From positions 96,001-160,000 of the IMG/VR virus record IMGVR_UViG_3300031134_000001: a DNA stretch of 64,000 nt. One strand, given 5' to 3'. The DNA comes from a virus. Taxonomy: Duplodnaviria; Caudoviricetes. This document shows, piece after piece, positions 38,035-47,621 of this stretch. The translations under genes were made by a program, and so were the position numbers. How positions within the stretch are numbered: position 1 is the first letter of the stretch; the number at the start of each line of letters is the position of its first letter. The notes under the pieces are model-generated. The model was not told where the DNA came from. It saw only the letters and a list, made by a program, of their open reading frames with translations, and did no database searches.

Positions 38035-38096
38035 GTAGCATCCCTATCTCTACTTACCTACACGGGCGAGTGGGGGTAGGGATGCTACTTTTTTTT
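38035..38096 (+). terminator. Intrinsic terminator
   Basis: GTAGCATCCCTA / TAGGGATGCTAC stem plus T8. Confidence 0.8.
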
Positions 38097-38120
38097 GTTG
38101 CATTTTACAAGGAAGTCATT

Positions 38121-38609
38121 ATGTCCAGCACCGATCGTATTTTGCAGATGGTGACGGAGAAGAACCGTCCAACCTATCCGCTCACCACAGAGCGCGTTGC
38201 GCTAAGCGGTTTGTTGGTTGAAAATGCCAACGATCACAACACACGCTTGACCATGCGAGCTCGGGGCAACAACACGGGCTACACAGGACAAGTCGACCTT
38301 TTCTACACCCGCGTGAGCTTGACCGCACTGGGTGCGTTGTACATCGCTCGGGAAAAACCGTTCTCGTTGGCTGAACTACTGGCCGCTATTAACGTTAACA
38401 AGAACGCTCAGATTACCACGGAAGACATCACCAACGTTGATGTACCGCCAACCGAGACGGGCGTGCCACTGGCCTTTACGTTAAGTGCCCAAGACGAATC
38501 GATGGTCTGGTTAGGTAACACCCGTGTGAATATCTTAACCGGCATCCCCGCAGCTGCCCCCGATCTGTTTACCTTCTTGAACAAAGAAGCTTCGCATTTG
38601 TTCGGATAA
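38121..38609 (+). CDS. Tail-associated paralog-family protein
   Basis: ATG at 38121 after AAGGA. HNTRLTMRA..GYTGQVDLFYTRVSL matches the family pattern. Confidence 0.65.
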   Translation: MSSTDRILQMVTEKNRPTYPLTTERVALSGLLVENANDHNTRLTMRARGNNTGYTGQVDLFYTRVSLTALGALYIAREKPFSLAELLAAINVNKNAQITTEDITNVDVPPTETGVPLAFTLSAQDESMVWLGNTRVNILTGIPAAAPDLFTFLNKEASHLFG

Positions 38610-38634
38610 GCACTCTTATAAAACACAGGAAGGA

Positions 38635-41600
38635 ATGAACATGTCGGAATTTGACGACCTGATTGACAAATTTAAGACCAGCATGGTAATGTCTGGCACC
38701 TACGTCAATGGCGACGATGGTACGGATATTCAAACAGCTAGCGGTCCCGTACCGTCCCTGGCTAAGCAAGCCAAGCTCGGTCGACTGCGTATCGACGCGG
38801 TGTTGCCGGACTTAACGCGTGTGCTGGTGTTGGAAGGCGATCGTGACTACAACGCCAACCAACAAGGCTGGGGTCGTTTGCACTTGGGGCTGGATCGTGT
38901 CGACAATACACCCGATGCATCCAAGCCGCTCTCGACTGCCATGCAACGCGCAATCGAAGAACTCATCACGCAGATCAAGCTTAAAGAAAACAAGTCCGAT
39001 CGCGATGTGCCCAACGGTTACCCGAGCTACACGGCTAGCCGCTTAAAGCTCATCGGCACTGCCAACCAACCCGTGGGCTACATCAGCCATCAGAACACGG
39101 TGGAACGTTCGTGGACGCTGCCTGACAAGAGTGGTGAGCTCGCACTCAAGAGCGACTTGACCGGCACCAATAGCGGCACCAACACTGGTGACGAAACGCA
39201 GACCACGATCTTAACCAAGCTTGGCGCAACGAAAGTAACCGGCACCAACACTGGTGACTTCGATTCCGTCACCACGTACACGACTGTCTCGGGCCTGCCG
39301 AACGTGGGTGTGGACAAACGCATCTACATCGTCAAGTCCAACGCCACGATGTACTTCTGGAATGGTGCGGCCTACCAGTTACTCACGACCTTGATCACGG
39401 ATAGTGACTCGGTCCCAGAAGGCAACAACAAATACTTCACCCAACTGCGCGCCATCCAATCGGTGCTGAGCACCTACGCGGTGACGCCCGCCGGTGTGGT
39501 AGTTGCTAGCGACACGGTGGTTGGTGCGATTGCGAAACTGCAAGCCCAGATCAACACCGCGATCAATGACTACAACGCCAAGCTCGCAGAACGTGAAACC
39601 CTGGTCAACAAAGCCACAACCTTCGCTACCGTCAATCACACGCTCTACCCAACGGTGCAAGCGGTCAAGACGTACGCTGACGCGCTCGTAGCGGGCGTTA
39701 TCAAGGACTGTGGCAACTGGGACGCGTCGAGCAACGCATTCCCCGCCACGGGCGGCTCAGGCACCTCTGGTGCGATTCGTAAAGGTAACTTCTGGTACGT
39801 GAATGTGGCAGGCACCTTGGGTGGTGTGGCTGTCAATATCGGCGACTCGTTCCGCGCTCTGGTTGATAGTCCAGAACAAGTGGCTGCAAACTGGGCGGTC
39901 CTTGAATCGAATCTCGGGTATGTTCCCTACAACGCCACAAACCCGGCCAAGTACATCTCCGCCATTACTGGTGCGATGGTCACGGGGGCTCTGGGTTATA
40001 CGCCTTTAAAGACGGCGGACAAAGACGCGAGCAGCGGCGTTGTGGGTATGACTGGTTTTGCGGTAAACCTGAAGAACGCCGACGGTACGTTTGTATCCAA
40101 GCTGATCAACAACGCCACGGGTGTGCGTCAATGGACGATGCCTGATAAAGACGGCGTGGTGGCTTTGATGTCGGATCTGACTGGCTTGACCAGTGGTACC
40201 AACACAGGCGATGAAACCAAAGACACGTTGCTGTCCAAACTCGGCGCGACCCAAGTTACCGGTAGCAACACGGGTGACCAGACCATCACCTTAACGGGTG
40301 ACGTCACAGGCGGCGGTACGGCCGGTGTAGCCACGACCATCGCAGCAGGCGCCGTAACCTTGAACAAGTTCCAAACGGTCCCTACCGGCGTTCTGGTGGG
40401 TCGTAGCGATGGTGGGACGGGTACTGCGCAACTGCTTAACGCTGCCAGTGTCAAAGCACTGCTGGGTTTGAATGCAGTGGACAACACGAGCGACGCCAAC
40501 AAAGTCGTTAGCGCAGCGCAGCAAACGGCACTGAACGCCAAAGAGAACACGGTTAACAAAGCGGTTGACTTTAGCGTGACGGACAACGTGCGTTACCCAA
40601 CGACGCTGGCTGTGAAGACCTTCGTGGATGCGCGTATCGCTGGTGTGGTGTCGGACTGTGGCAACTGGGATGCCTCGACTGGCGCTTACCCAACTGTGGG
40701 TGGTACTGGCACAAACGGGGCGATCAAGAAAGGCAACCTGTTCTACATCTCGACGGCCGGTGCCATCGGCGGCGTGATGTTAACCAACGGCGATAGCATT
40801 CGCGCTCTGGTGGACAACCCAGGTCAAAGCAATCTGAACTGGGGCGCTCTGGAGACGAACATTGGTTACGTGCCATACAACGCTACCAACCCAGCAGGCT
40901 ACATCTCCGGCATCAATGGCGCCATGGTCGCTAGCGCTCTGGGTTACGCGCCCGAGAATCCGAGTGCTCGCAACGCAGCCAACGGTTACCCAACCTTGCA
41001 AAACTACGGTGTGGTGTTAAAGAACGGCGATGGCGGCGCAGCTTCGGCTATCCGCAGCTCAGCAACAGTCGCCCGTAGCTGGACCATGCCAGACAAAGAC
41101 GGCATCGTTGCACTCCTGTCCGACTTGAGCGGTTTGAACTCCGGTACGAATACGGGTGACGAAACCCAAGCCACCATTCTGAACAAGTTGGGCGCGACCA
41201 GGGTTACAGGTAGCAATACCGGCGACGAAACTGGCACAACCATTCGTGCTAAGTTAGGCGGTGGTGCGTTGTCTGGTTCGAACACCGGTGATGAAACCGC
41301 CGAGACCATTCTGGCGAAACTGCCGATGGTGCCTGTGAACAAAGCCGGTGACTCGTTAACCGGTGCGCTGAACTTCGCGCCTGGAGCGCAGATCGTTAGT
41401 GCGGCCTCGCTGAACCTATCTGCTGTTAATAGCAACGTCGTGGAAGTAACTGGCGTTACGCAAATCACCAGTATCACGTTGGCTGACGGCATGATGCGCT
41501 TTGTGCGCTTTGCAGGTCGTTTGACTTTGGTGCATGGCGCAAATCTGGTTCTGCCTACCAATGCCAGTGTCATTACCAATCCAGGCGACTGGGCTGTGCT

Positions 41601-42015
41601 AGTCGGTCGCCCTAACGGTGTGGTCCAGTGCGTAAACTACATGCGCGCTTCGGGCATGCCGGTGTTTGGTAACTCGCGCGAGAAGGTGCGCCAGATTCTG
41701 GCCAACACGACTTCGACTGTGATTGACTTGAACACTGGTGACGAAGCAACTGTCTTCAAAGTGACGATCGCATCGAACACCACCATCACGTTCATCAACG
41801 CACCATCTTCGCCAACAGGCGAAATCTTCAACTTCTCCTTGATCACTATCAACGACGCTACCGATGGCCGGGCCATGGCTTTTGGCAATACCATCGAATG
41901 GGCCTTCAAGCAACTGCCCGCACGCACCACAGGCGCTAACGCCAAAGACGTGTGGTCGTTCTACGTTGATGGTTCCACGTATGGCGGCGCCCTGTCGTCG
42001 CAAGATCAAGGCTAA
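38635..42015 (+). CDS. Long tail fibre with internal ~316-aa module repeats
   Basis: 1126 aa, G/T/N-rich. VDNTxDAxKxxSxAxQxA fibre motif twice; three WTxPDKxG..SDL.G..SGTNTGDET modules; start could be 38641. Confidence 0.8.
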   Translation: MNMSEFDDLIDKFKTSMVMSGTYVNGDDGTDIQTASGPVPSLAKQAKLGRLRIDAVLPDLTRVLVLEGDRDYNANQQGWGRLHLGLDRVDNTPDASKPLSTAMQRAIEELITQIKLKENKSDRDVPNGYPSYTASRLKLIGTANQPVGYISHQNTVERSWTLPDKSGELALKSDLTGTNSGTNTGDETQTTILTKLGATKVTGTNTGDFDSVTTYTTVSGLPNVGVDKRIYIVKSNATMYFWNGAAYQLLTTLITDSDSVPEGNNKYFTQLRAIQSVLSTYAVTPAGVVVASDTVVGAIAKLQAQINTAINDYNAKLAERETLVNKATTFATVNHTLYPTVQAVKTYADALVAGVIKDCGNWDASSNAFPATGGSGTSGAIRKGNFWYVNVAGTLGGVAVNIGDSFRALVDSPEQVAANWAVLESNLGYVPYNATNPAKYISAITGAMVTGALGYTPLKTADKDASSGVVGMTGFAVNLKNADGTFVSKLINNATGVRQWTMPDKDGVVALMSDLTGLTSGTNTGDETKDTLLSKLGATQVTGSNTGDQTITLTGDVTGGGTAGVATTIAAGAVTLNKFQTVPTGVLVGRSDGGTGTAQLLNAASVKALLGLNAVDNTSDANKVVSAAQQTALNAKENTVNKAVDFSVTDNVRYPTTLAVKTFVDARIAGVVSDCGNWDASTGAYPTVGGTGTNGAIKKGNLFYISTAGAIGGVMLTNGDSIRALVDNPGQSNLNWGALETNIGYVPYNATNPAGYISGINGAMVASALGYAPENPSARNAANGYPTLQNYGVVLKNGDGGAASAIRSSATVARSWTMPDKDGIVALLSDLSGLNSGTNTGDETQATILNKLGATRVTGSNTGDETGTTIRAKLGGGALSGSNTGDETAETILAKLPMVPVNKAGDSLTGALNFAPGAQIVSAASLNLSAVNSNVVEVTGVTQITSITLADGMMRFVRFAGRLTLVHGANLVLPTNASVITNPGDWAVLVGRPNGVVQCVNYMRASGMPVFGNSREKVRQILANTTSTVIDLNTGDEATVFKVTIASNTTITFINAPSSPTGEIFNFSLITINDATDGRAMAFGNTIEWAFKQLPARTTGANAKDVWSFYVDGSTYGGALSSQDQG
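39112..41163 (+). repeat. Coding tandem module repeats within the tail fibre
   Basis: WTxPDK modules start at 39112, 40132 and 41080. DCGNWDAS modules start at 39706 and 40654 (948-nt period). Copies are diverged largely at synonymous sites. Confidence 0.8.
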
Positions 42016-42021
42016 TGTTTC

Positions 42022-42047
42022 GAGGCGGGCTCACGCTCGCCTCTTTT
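42022..42047 (+). terminator. Small intrinsic terminator
   Basis: GAGGCGGGC / GCTCGCCTC stem plus TTTT. Confidence 0.55.
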
Positions 42048-42065
42048 ACTTAACAAAGGTCGCTT

Positions 42066-43181
42066 ATGAAGTTATCTGGACGACTACGTCAGCAAATGAC
42101 GAACCGCGCACGTGGTACGATCACGTTGAACGCGCCGAGTGTTGTGCAACTGCCTTACGGACGGGGCTTGATTAAAGTCGGCGGTCGGGGTGGTTCTGGT
42201 AACGCACCGACTGGCGGTAGTGTGGCGAACTACAACAGTCCGACCCCAGGCACAGTTGCTAACTACAATCCTCCGACTGGCGGCACGTACGCTGGAACCA
42301 ATCCCACGGTAGCGGGTAATATCGCTGGTTACAATCCCACCAACGGCGGTAACGTAGCAGGTTACAACCCTACGACGCCGGGCAATGTGTCTGGCTACAA
42401 TGCAGGTTCGCCCGGCAACGTTGCGAACTACAATGCTCCGTCAGGTGGTAATTTGGCGGGATACAATGCACCGACGCCAGGCACGGCATATACCAATCCA
42501 GACATCACAACGCCAGGCAACACCAATCAACCAACGTATTCGCCGGGATATACCAATCCACCGAGCGACCAAGAAACACATGTGCCAACTCGCAACGGAT
42601 GTCCTGCCGGCTGGACATATGGCGGGTTAAACGATGGTTATAATTCCGGCACACAGTACCATGTCTGTTTCTTATCGCAGCCTGGCAACACCAATCCCGG
42701 CACGTACACACCAGGTTATACCAACCCGTCGAACATCACGTGGGGTAATCCTGCGACAAATGCCCCAGTGCCTGGAAACGCGTATTACAATCCGGTCTCG
42801 CCGGGCAATGCGAACTACAATTCACCAGTGCCTGGAAATGCCAATTACTACAGCCCAACATCGGGTACGGCAAACTACAACCCCACGTCGGGTGGCAATG
42901 CGATTTACAATCCTTCCACGGGCGGTAACGCACGCTACAATCCCACGGTAGCAGGCACAGCCAACTACAACCCTCCAGCTCCCGGTAACGCGAACTACAA
43001 TTCGACCGTTCCCGGTAATGCGGGAACGCCTGCGGTTATTGGTGGTGTCGCGTTCCCAGGCGGTGCTGCGGGTTCTGTGGCGTCGTTCGTCTCGCCCGCT
43101 CCATCGAACATTTCGTACAACAAGAGTGGTGTGCCTATTAACGTGCCTCCGGGTGGTTATGTGGTCATTACCACGATTTAA
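42066..43181 (+). CDS. G/N/P/Y tandem-repeat fibre-like protein
   Basis: 8 x 11-aa repeats, a central Cys-pair region, then 8 x 10-aa repeats. Confidence 0.75.
   Translation: MKLSGRLRQQMTNRARGTITLNAPSVVQLPYGRGLIKVGGRGGSGNAPTGGSVANYNSPTPGTVANYNPPTGGTYAGTNPTVAGNIAGYNPTNGGNVAGYNPTTPGNVSGYNAGSPGNVANYNAPSGGNLAGYNAPTPGTAYTNPDITTPGNTNQPTYSPGYTNPPSDQETHVPTRNGCPAGWTYGGLNDGYNSGTQYHVCFLSQPGNTNPGTYTPGYTNPSNITWGNPATNAPVPGNAYYNPVSPGNANYNSPVPGNANYYSPTSGTANYNPTSGGNAIYNPSTGGNARYNPTVAGTANYNPPAPGNANYNSTVPGNAGTPAVIGGVAFPGGAAGSVASFVSPAPSNISYNKSGVPINVPPGGYVVITTI
42216..42479 (+). repeat. Eight 33-nt coding repeats (GxVAxYNPxxx)
   Basis: Counted from the translation, aa 51-138. Confidence 0.85.
42774..43013 (+). 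repeat. Eight 30-nt coding repeats (GNAxYNPxxx)
   Basis: Counted from the translation, aa 237-316. Confidence 0.85.
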
Positions 43182-43193
43182 AAAGGCTTTACC

Positions 43194-44126
43194 ATGCAAC
43201 TTGCAAAATGGTATCTCGTTTGCGATCGAGTGAATAAACGCGCGATCGATCTGATCGTGCTGCCAGACATCTGGGGACAAGCCACGGGTCTGCGTAACCA
43301 AAGCGATGAAGACTTGGAGTTCTTCTGGCAATGGTCCCCGCACACTGAAACCAACTTCTTAACCGTGGACCGCGCACTGGAACTCGATTACGACATCGAA
43401 TCGATTACCAACGTCCTTGACATGAATAAGCCAGCCGTCTTGGAATGGGTACGCTCCATGCGTGATCCAGTTCTGGCAGCCACCGACAGCATCATCGTGT
43501 CAGATCGCTGGAATAGCTTGGATGTGGTTGCGCAAAACGACGCTACGGTGTTTCGTAATGCACTGCGTGACTTAACTACGCAGCAAGATCTATTCCGCCT
43601 GAAGTGGCCTAGCATTCCGCCTGTGCTCAATTTCCTGCGCAAGATGGATGTCAGTGCGATCACACAGCCAAGTGAAGAATTCTTGGCGATGTTTAGTGAG
43701 CCGTATCCAGCGCTGTCGTTAGCGGCTCGCCGGAGCAACATGTGGTTGCGCATCAAAGCAGAGCGCGACCGCCGCATTAATGGTGGTATCAAGATCATGG
43801 TTGACGGTAAGGCGTACTGGTTCTGGACTGACGATCCGTCCTGCAAACAGTACGCGCTGCTTGACGGTCACACCACACGTAACAACATGGCGTTAACCCA
43901 GGTCATCAACAACTGGAAAACCATGTCTGGAGAATTCGTCCCAATGACCGTGGCTATTTTGCGCGAAGTCATCGGGGCGGGTATCAGCAACGAAGGCGCT
44001 ATCTTCGACGTTGCTGAAGACCACAATAAAGCGATGGCGGCATTGGAAGAACCTGAAAGTTACGACTTCAGTCAAGGCTGGCCAGCATCGTTCGAAGAGT
44101 ATCAAGCTGCGATGGGGTTAATGTAG
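43194..44126 (+). CDS. Tail fibre assembly chaperone, DUF4376-like C-terminal domain
   Basis: IKAERDRRINGG...WFWTDDPS...WKTMSGEFVPMT...YDFSQGWP is typical of this phage fibre-chaperone family; follows fibre genes. Confidence 0.7.
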   Translation: MQLAKWYLVCDRVNKRAIDLIVLPDIWGQATGLRNQSDEDLEFFWQWSPHTETNFLTVDRALELDYDIESITNVLDMNKPAVLEWVRSMRDPVLAATDSIIVSDRWNSLDVVAQNDATVFRNALRDLTTQQDLFRLKWPSIPPVLNFLRKMDVSAITQPSEEFLAMFSEPYPALSLAARRSNMWLRIKAERDRRINGGIKIMVDGKAYWFWTDDPSCKQYALLDGHTTRNNMALTQVINNWKTMSGEFVPMTVAILREVIGAGISNEGAIFDVAEDHNKAMAALEEPESYDFSQGWPASFEEYQAAMGLM

Positions 44127-44160
44127 CGCGATACAATTTACCTTTAGAAAGGATCAGTAA

Positions 44161-44622
44161 GTGCAAGTTTTCTTCTACAAAGGTACCCGGCCCGGTTTGG
44201 CAGGTATCTATAGCTGGGGTGTGCGTAAAGTGACGCAGTCGCCTTACTCGCATTGTGAAATTCTGTTTAGTGACGGCATGTCTGCATCGGCGTCGTTTAC
44301 CGATCATGGTGTGCGTTTCAAAAAGATCGACTATGAACCAGAACACTGGGACGTGATCGATCTGCCATCGGAACTGTTCGAAGCACGAGCACGTCAATGG
44401 TTCATCGAACACAACGGCGATCCGTACGATCTCCTGGGCAACGTGTACTTCCTGTTTAGCTTGATCGGCGGTGATAAAGACAAGTGGTTCTGCTCGGAAG
44501 CACTGGGCGCAGCCCTGGGTCTGCCAGAGCCATGGCGGTTCGATCCAGGCACGTTGTACGAAGCTGTGAAGTGGTTGTCCGAATCACTCAAAGCCCAACA
44601 AGCTTTGCAAGTGGCTGCATAG
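44161..44622 (+). CDS. Permuted papain-like (NlpC/P60, YiiX/YebB-like) amidase/peptidase
   Basis: His-before-Cys order: YSHCEILF ... YDLLG ... WFCSE. GTG start after GAAAGGA. Confidence 0.75.
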   Translation: MQVFFYKGTRPGLAGIYSWGVRKVTQSPYSHCEILFSDGMSASASFTDHGVRFKKIDYEPEHWDVIDLPSELFEARARQWFIEHNGDPYDLLGNVYFLFSLIGGDKDKWFCSEALGAALGLPEPWRFDPGTLYEAVKWLSESLKAQQALQVAA

Positions 44623-44666
44623 ACGGCATAGACGTGGAGGGTCACCCCCTCCACGTTTTATGCTTT
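44623..44666 (+). terminator. Hairpin flanked by ACGGCATA / TATGCTTT; TATG may also serve as a late promoter
   Basis: ACGTGGAGGG / CCCTCCACGT stem. Confidence 0.7.
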
Positions 44667-44729
44667 CAAATCGAAAAAGTCGTTGTTATCGTATGTCTAT
44701 CAGTAATTTTTAATTTTACGAGGGTCATC

Positions 44730-45257
44730 ATGGATGATGAAATCAACGTACTACGCGACCCGGAGGAAGAGCTTATTGAGTTGATCAATAAGGACAACAT
44801 CACTCCCAAAGGCAGTATCAACTTAACGCTTGACGACGTTGAGTTATCTGACCCGGTCTCTGTTTCGTATGGCGGACGGAACACGCGCGTGACGGTTAAG
44901 GCCAAGCCGTCGTCAAAGTACACCGGCACCAAGGACGTGTTTTACAACCGGCTCGCACTTAGCGACTTGGGTTACATTGGCATCATTTCAGACGAACCGA
45001 TCTCTGCCCAGATGATCCTTGAAATGATTACCAGCAAAAAAGGCATCTCGATGCTGGCCGACGATTTCGAGCCAATCATCATTCCTTACCTGGAAGCTGG
45101 TGAAGCGCTCAAGATCAATCTGATTGCCAAGCCCACGGCGATCAAGTGGTATGGCCAAACCCAAGCAGACTACGCATTCGGCATTCCAGCCGGTCTGGGA
45201 TTACTGCACGAACTGATCCACAATACGTTGCCTACCCAAGGCTACTTAACACAGTAG
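44730..45257 (+). CDS. Tail-associated paralog-family protein (third copy)
   Basis: ATG at 44730 after GAGG. LIELINKDN...RNTRVTVKA...YTGTKDVFYNRLAL. Confidence 0.65.
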   Translation: MDDEINVLRDPEEELIELINKDNITPKGSINLTLDDVELSDPVSVSYGGRNTRVTVKAKPSSKYTGTKDVFYNRLALSDLGYIGIISDEPISAQMILEMITSKKGISMLADDFEPIIIPYLEAGEALKINLIAKPTAIKWYGQTQADYAFGIPAGLGLLHELIHNTLPTQGYLTQ

Positions 45258-45266
45258 GAGATACAC

Positions 45267-45773
45267 ATGTCTTTCAATGATTCAGTCGTCCAAGGCATTG
45301 CCGACTTCGACTTACTGCACCGCATCATGCACGGTCCAGCCAACGAAACCGTGGGAACGTCGGGTGGTCAAGTTCCTACCATCGCTAACGTGATTGCCGG
45401 TTTGTTCAGCCGGGTCATGGCTTCGATGAGCGCTGTCAGCACGACGGCGCTGAACTTGGATATGGAAGGTAACAAATCCTTCACCGTCCCCCAAGGCAAA
45501 GCGTTCCAGCCAGGTAACTGCGTTGTCGCTTATGCCGGCAATGAAAAATTCATCGCTGGTATCGTGCTCAGCTATACCGGCACCATGCTGACAATCAAAC
45601 CTACGCTTGTGAACGGCGAAGGTTCGTCCAATAACTGGACCATCGGCTTTTCTGGCCCTGTGGGTCCACGCGGCGCGGCAGGCCTGCCTGGTAAAGACGG
45701 CAAGGATGCCACCAGCACCGGCACCGGCGGCTCGGTAGAAAAGCTGATCAGCAAACTGCCTTGGGAAGTCTGA
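45267..45773 (+). CDS. Short fibre adaptor: anchor motif, small beta domain and collagen-like tail
   Basis: ETVGTSGGQVPTIAN resembles TDIQTASGPVPSLAK in the long fibre; GPVGPRGAAGLPGKDGKD. Confidence 0.65.
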   Translation: MSFNDSVVQGIADFDLLHRIMHGPANETVGTSGGQVPTIANVIAGLFSRVMASMSAVSTTALNLDMEGNKSFTVPQGKAFQPGNCVVAYAGNEKFIAGIVLSYTGTMLTIKPTLVNGEGSSNNWTIGFSGPVGPRGAAGLPGKDGKDATSTGTGGSVEKLISKLPWEV

Positions 45774-45815
45774 CCACTTTCCTCATCACCAATTACAATT
45801 ACTGAGGTATTTTTC

Positions 45816-47570
45816 ATGGCAACCAATCGCGTTATTGTCAAGGAAAGCGACAACGGCGGCATCTTCCCTCTGCGTGGGGATATGGATGTGCTGGTCAATT
45901 TCCGACCGACTGAAAGCTTTGGCATTCGTTTTGTGACGTATACCGATGCTGACTTCGTCATCAACTTCCAGGTGTGCAAAATCCGCCTGCCTGACCAGAC
46001 GCTGGCTGACTCGATGAGTGTCGGCGGTAAAGCATCGCTCTTCGTCGAACTCAAGTTCAACGCCAAATACGACACGTGGGACATCGTCGGCCACAACCTG
46101 TTCGCAGCAACTGCCGGTTCTGGCGGTGGTGGCGGTAGCGGTGGTACTGTTGGCGGTGGTGGTGCACCAGACGTCACCACTGGTAATCGTCCAGAAGTGC
46201 TGCTGCTGCCTGACGCTAACGGTGTGTTGACACCAGACGGCAGCATCTCGAACCGTTTCCGTTTCCAGATGACACGCAACATCACGCTGGCCAATCCGGT
46301 GAACTTCTTCAACAACGAACACATCTACCTGACCGGCTACCAAGACGAAGGCGGTGGTAAGAAGATTTCGTTTGGTCGTGCACTGATGCTGCCAGGCCAG
46401 ATGCCGTTCGTACCACCGCTGAACCCGAATGCGGCTTTCTTGATGGAACTGCGTCCAACGCAACACATCAAGACCGGCGCACTGAACTGGGCACTCTGGG
46501 GCTATCCAGACAAAGCCATGGCCAACGGTCTGGGCTTGGTGACAGAGCTGACCATGTTCGGCGACAAGAAATACTACACCATGGCGCAAACGTTCGCAGA
46601 CGCCAAAGGTGGCGGCACAATCAAGATCCTGCGTAACGGCCTGTCGGCTGAAGTCACGGCAACGTTGGAATGCCAAGCAGGCAACACCTACACCGTGGCT
46701 GGTATGCCGATCATCACCAACTCCGAAGACAAGCGTCCGACGCTGGAACTGTTGGGTGTGGACTTTGGTAGTGGCGGTGCGAATCGTCCGGCCTGGGGTA
46801 AAGCGCTGCTGAACTTCGAAGGCTCGGGCAAAGTTTACGTACGTGACCTGATCATCCAAGGCACGCGCGCTGAAGACGGCTCCGGTCGTGGTATCTGCCC
46901 GAACGGCACTGTAGAGATCCACGTGAATAACGTGCGCCTCTACAACAACAACAACGGCATGATGTGGGGTCATATGGCCTCGACCATCTACGTTACCGAT
47001 TCTCAGTTCGACTTTAACGGTATCGGTACCGAAGGTCGTGAAGACGGTTACACGCACAACCTGTACGCTGGTCACAGCGATGGTGTGGTTGCTTTGCGCT
47101 GCTCGTTCACCCGCTCGCAAAAGGGTCACGACTTCAAGAGCCGCGCTGCCTACAGCGAACTCAAGCAATGCTTCCTGAGCGGCGCCAACGAAGGTCGTGA
47201 ACTGGAACTGCCAAACGGTGGTCGTCTGCTGGCTGAACACTGCGTCTTCGAGAAGGTCGGCGGTAAAGATGGTCAGAACGACTTGTGCGTGTTTGGTCAA
47301 GAAGGTATTGAGAAGGATCGTCCGCGTGAGTACATCATGCGCAACTGCCGCTTCATCAACCAACGCGGCGCTGGTACGACTTCGACCTTCGTGCACAACA
47401 TGGACGCGGAAGTTCCTTGCCGGATCATCGATCCTGAGTTCGTCGGCGACTGGACTCTGGCGCGCCCTGACAAAGGCTTGATCAACTGCATCGTGGAATA
47501 CACGGGCGGTCCGCTCGGCCCACAACTGCCAGTTGGTCACCCATTCGTCGAGATGACCCCACCGGTTTAA
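45816..47570 (+). CDS. Tailspike-like protein with a right-handed beta-helix (pectin-lyase-like) C-terminal domain
   Basis: Periodic beta-helix-like segments (VYVRDLIIQG, IHVNNVRLYNNNNG, IYVTDSQFDFNG) and GYTHNLYAG...GHDFKSRA. Confidence 0.7.
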   Translation: MATNRVIVKESDNGGIFPLRGDMDVLVNFRPTESFGIRFVTYTDADFVINFQVCKIRLPDQTLADSMSVGGKASLFVELKFNAKYDTWDIVGHNLFAATAGSGGGGGSGGTVGGGGAPDVTTGNRPEVLLLPDANGVLTPDGSISNRFRFQMTRNITLANPVNFFNNEHIYLTGYQDEGGGKKISFGRALMLPGQMPFVPPLNPNAAFLMELRPTQHIKTGALNWALWGYPDKAMANGLGLVTELTMFGDKKYYTMAQTFADAKGGGTIKILRNGLSAEVTATLECQAGNTYTVAGMPIITNSEDKRPTLELLGVDFGSGGANRPAWGKALLNFEGSGKVYVRDLIIQGTRAEDGSGRGICPNGTVEIHVNNVRLYNNNNGMMWGHMASTIYVTDSQFDFNGIGTEGREDGYTHNLYAGHSDGVVALRCSFTRSQKGHDFKSRAAYSELKQCFLSGANEGRELELPNGGRLLAEHCVFEKVGGKDGQNDLCVFGQEGIEKDRPREYIMRNCRFINQRGAGTTSTFVHNMDAEVPCRIIDPEFVGDWTLARPDKGLINCIVEYTGGPLGPQLPVGHPFVEMTPPV

Positions 47571-47621
47571 TCCCAACATACACCGATGCCGGTTATCCGG
47601 CATCGCTTACGTGGAGTAATT

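Noticed and set aside
42216-43013. Regular 30-33-nt periodicity resembling a CRISPR array
   Set aside because: The units are degenerate, in-frame coding repeats with no unique spacers, and no cas genes are present.
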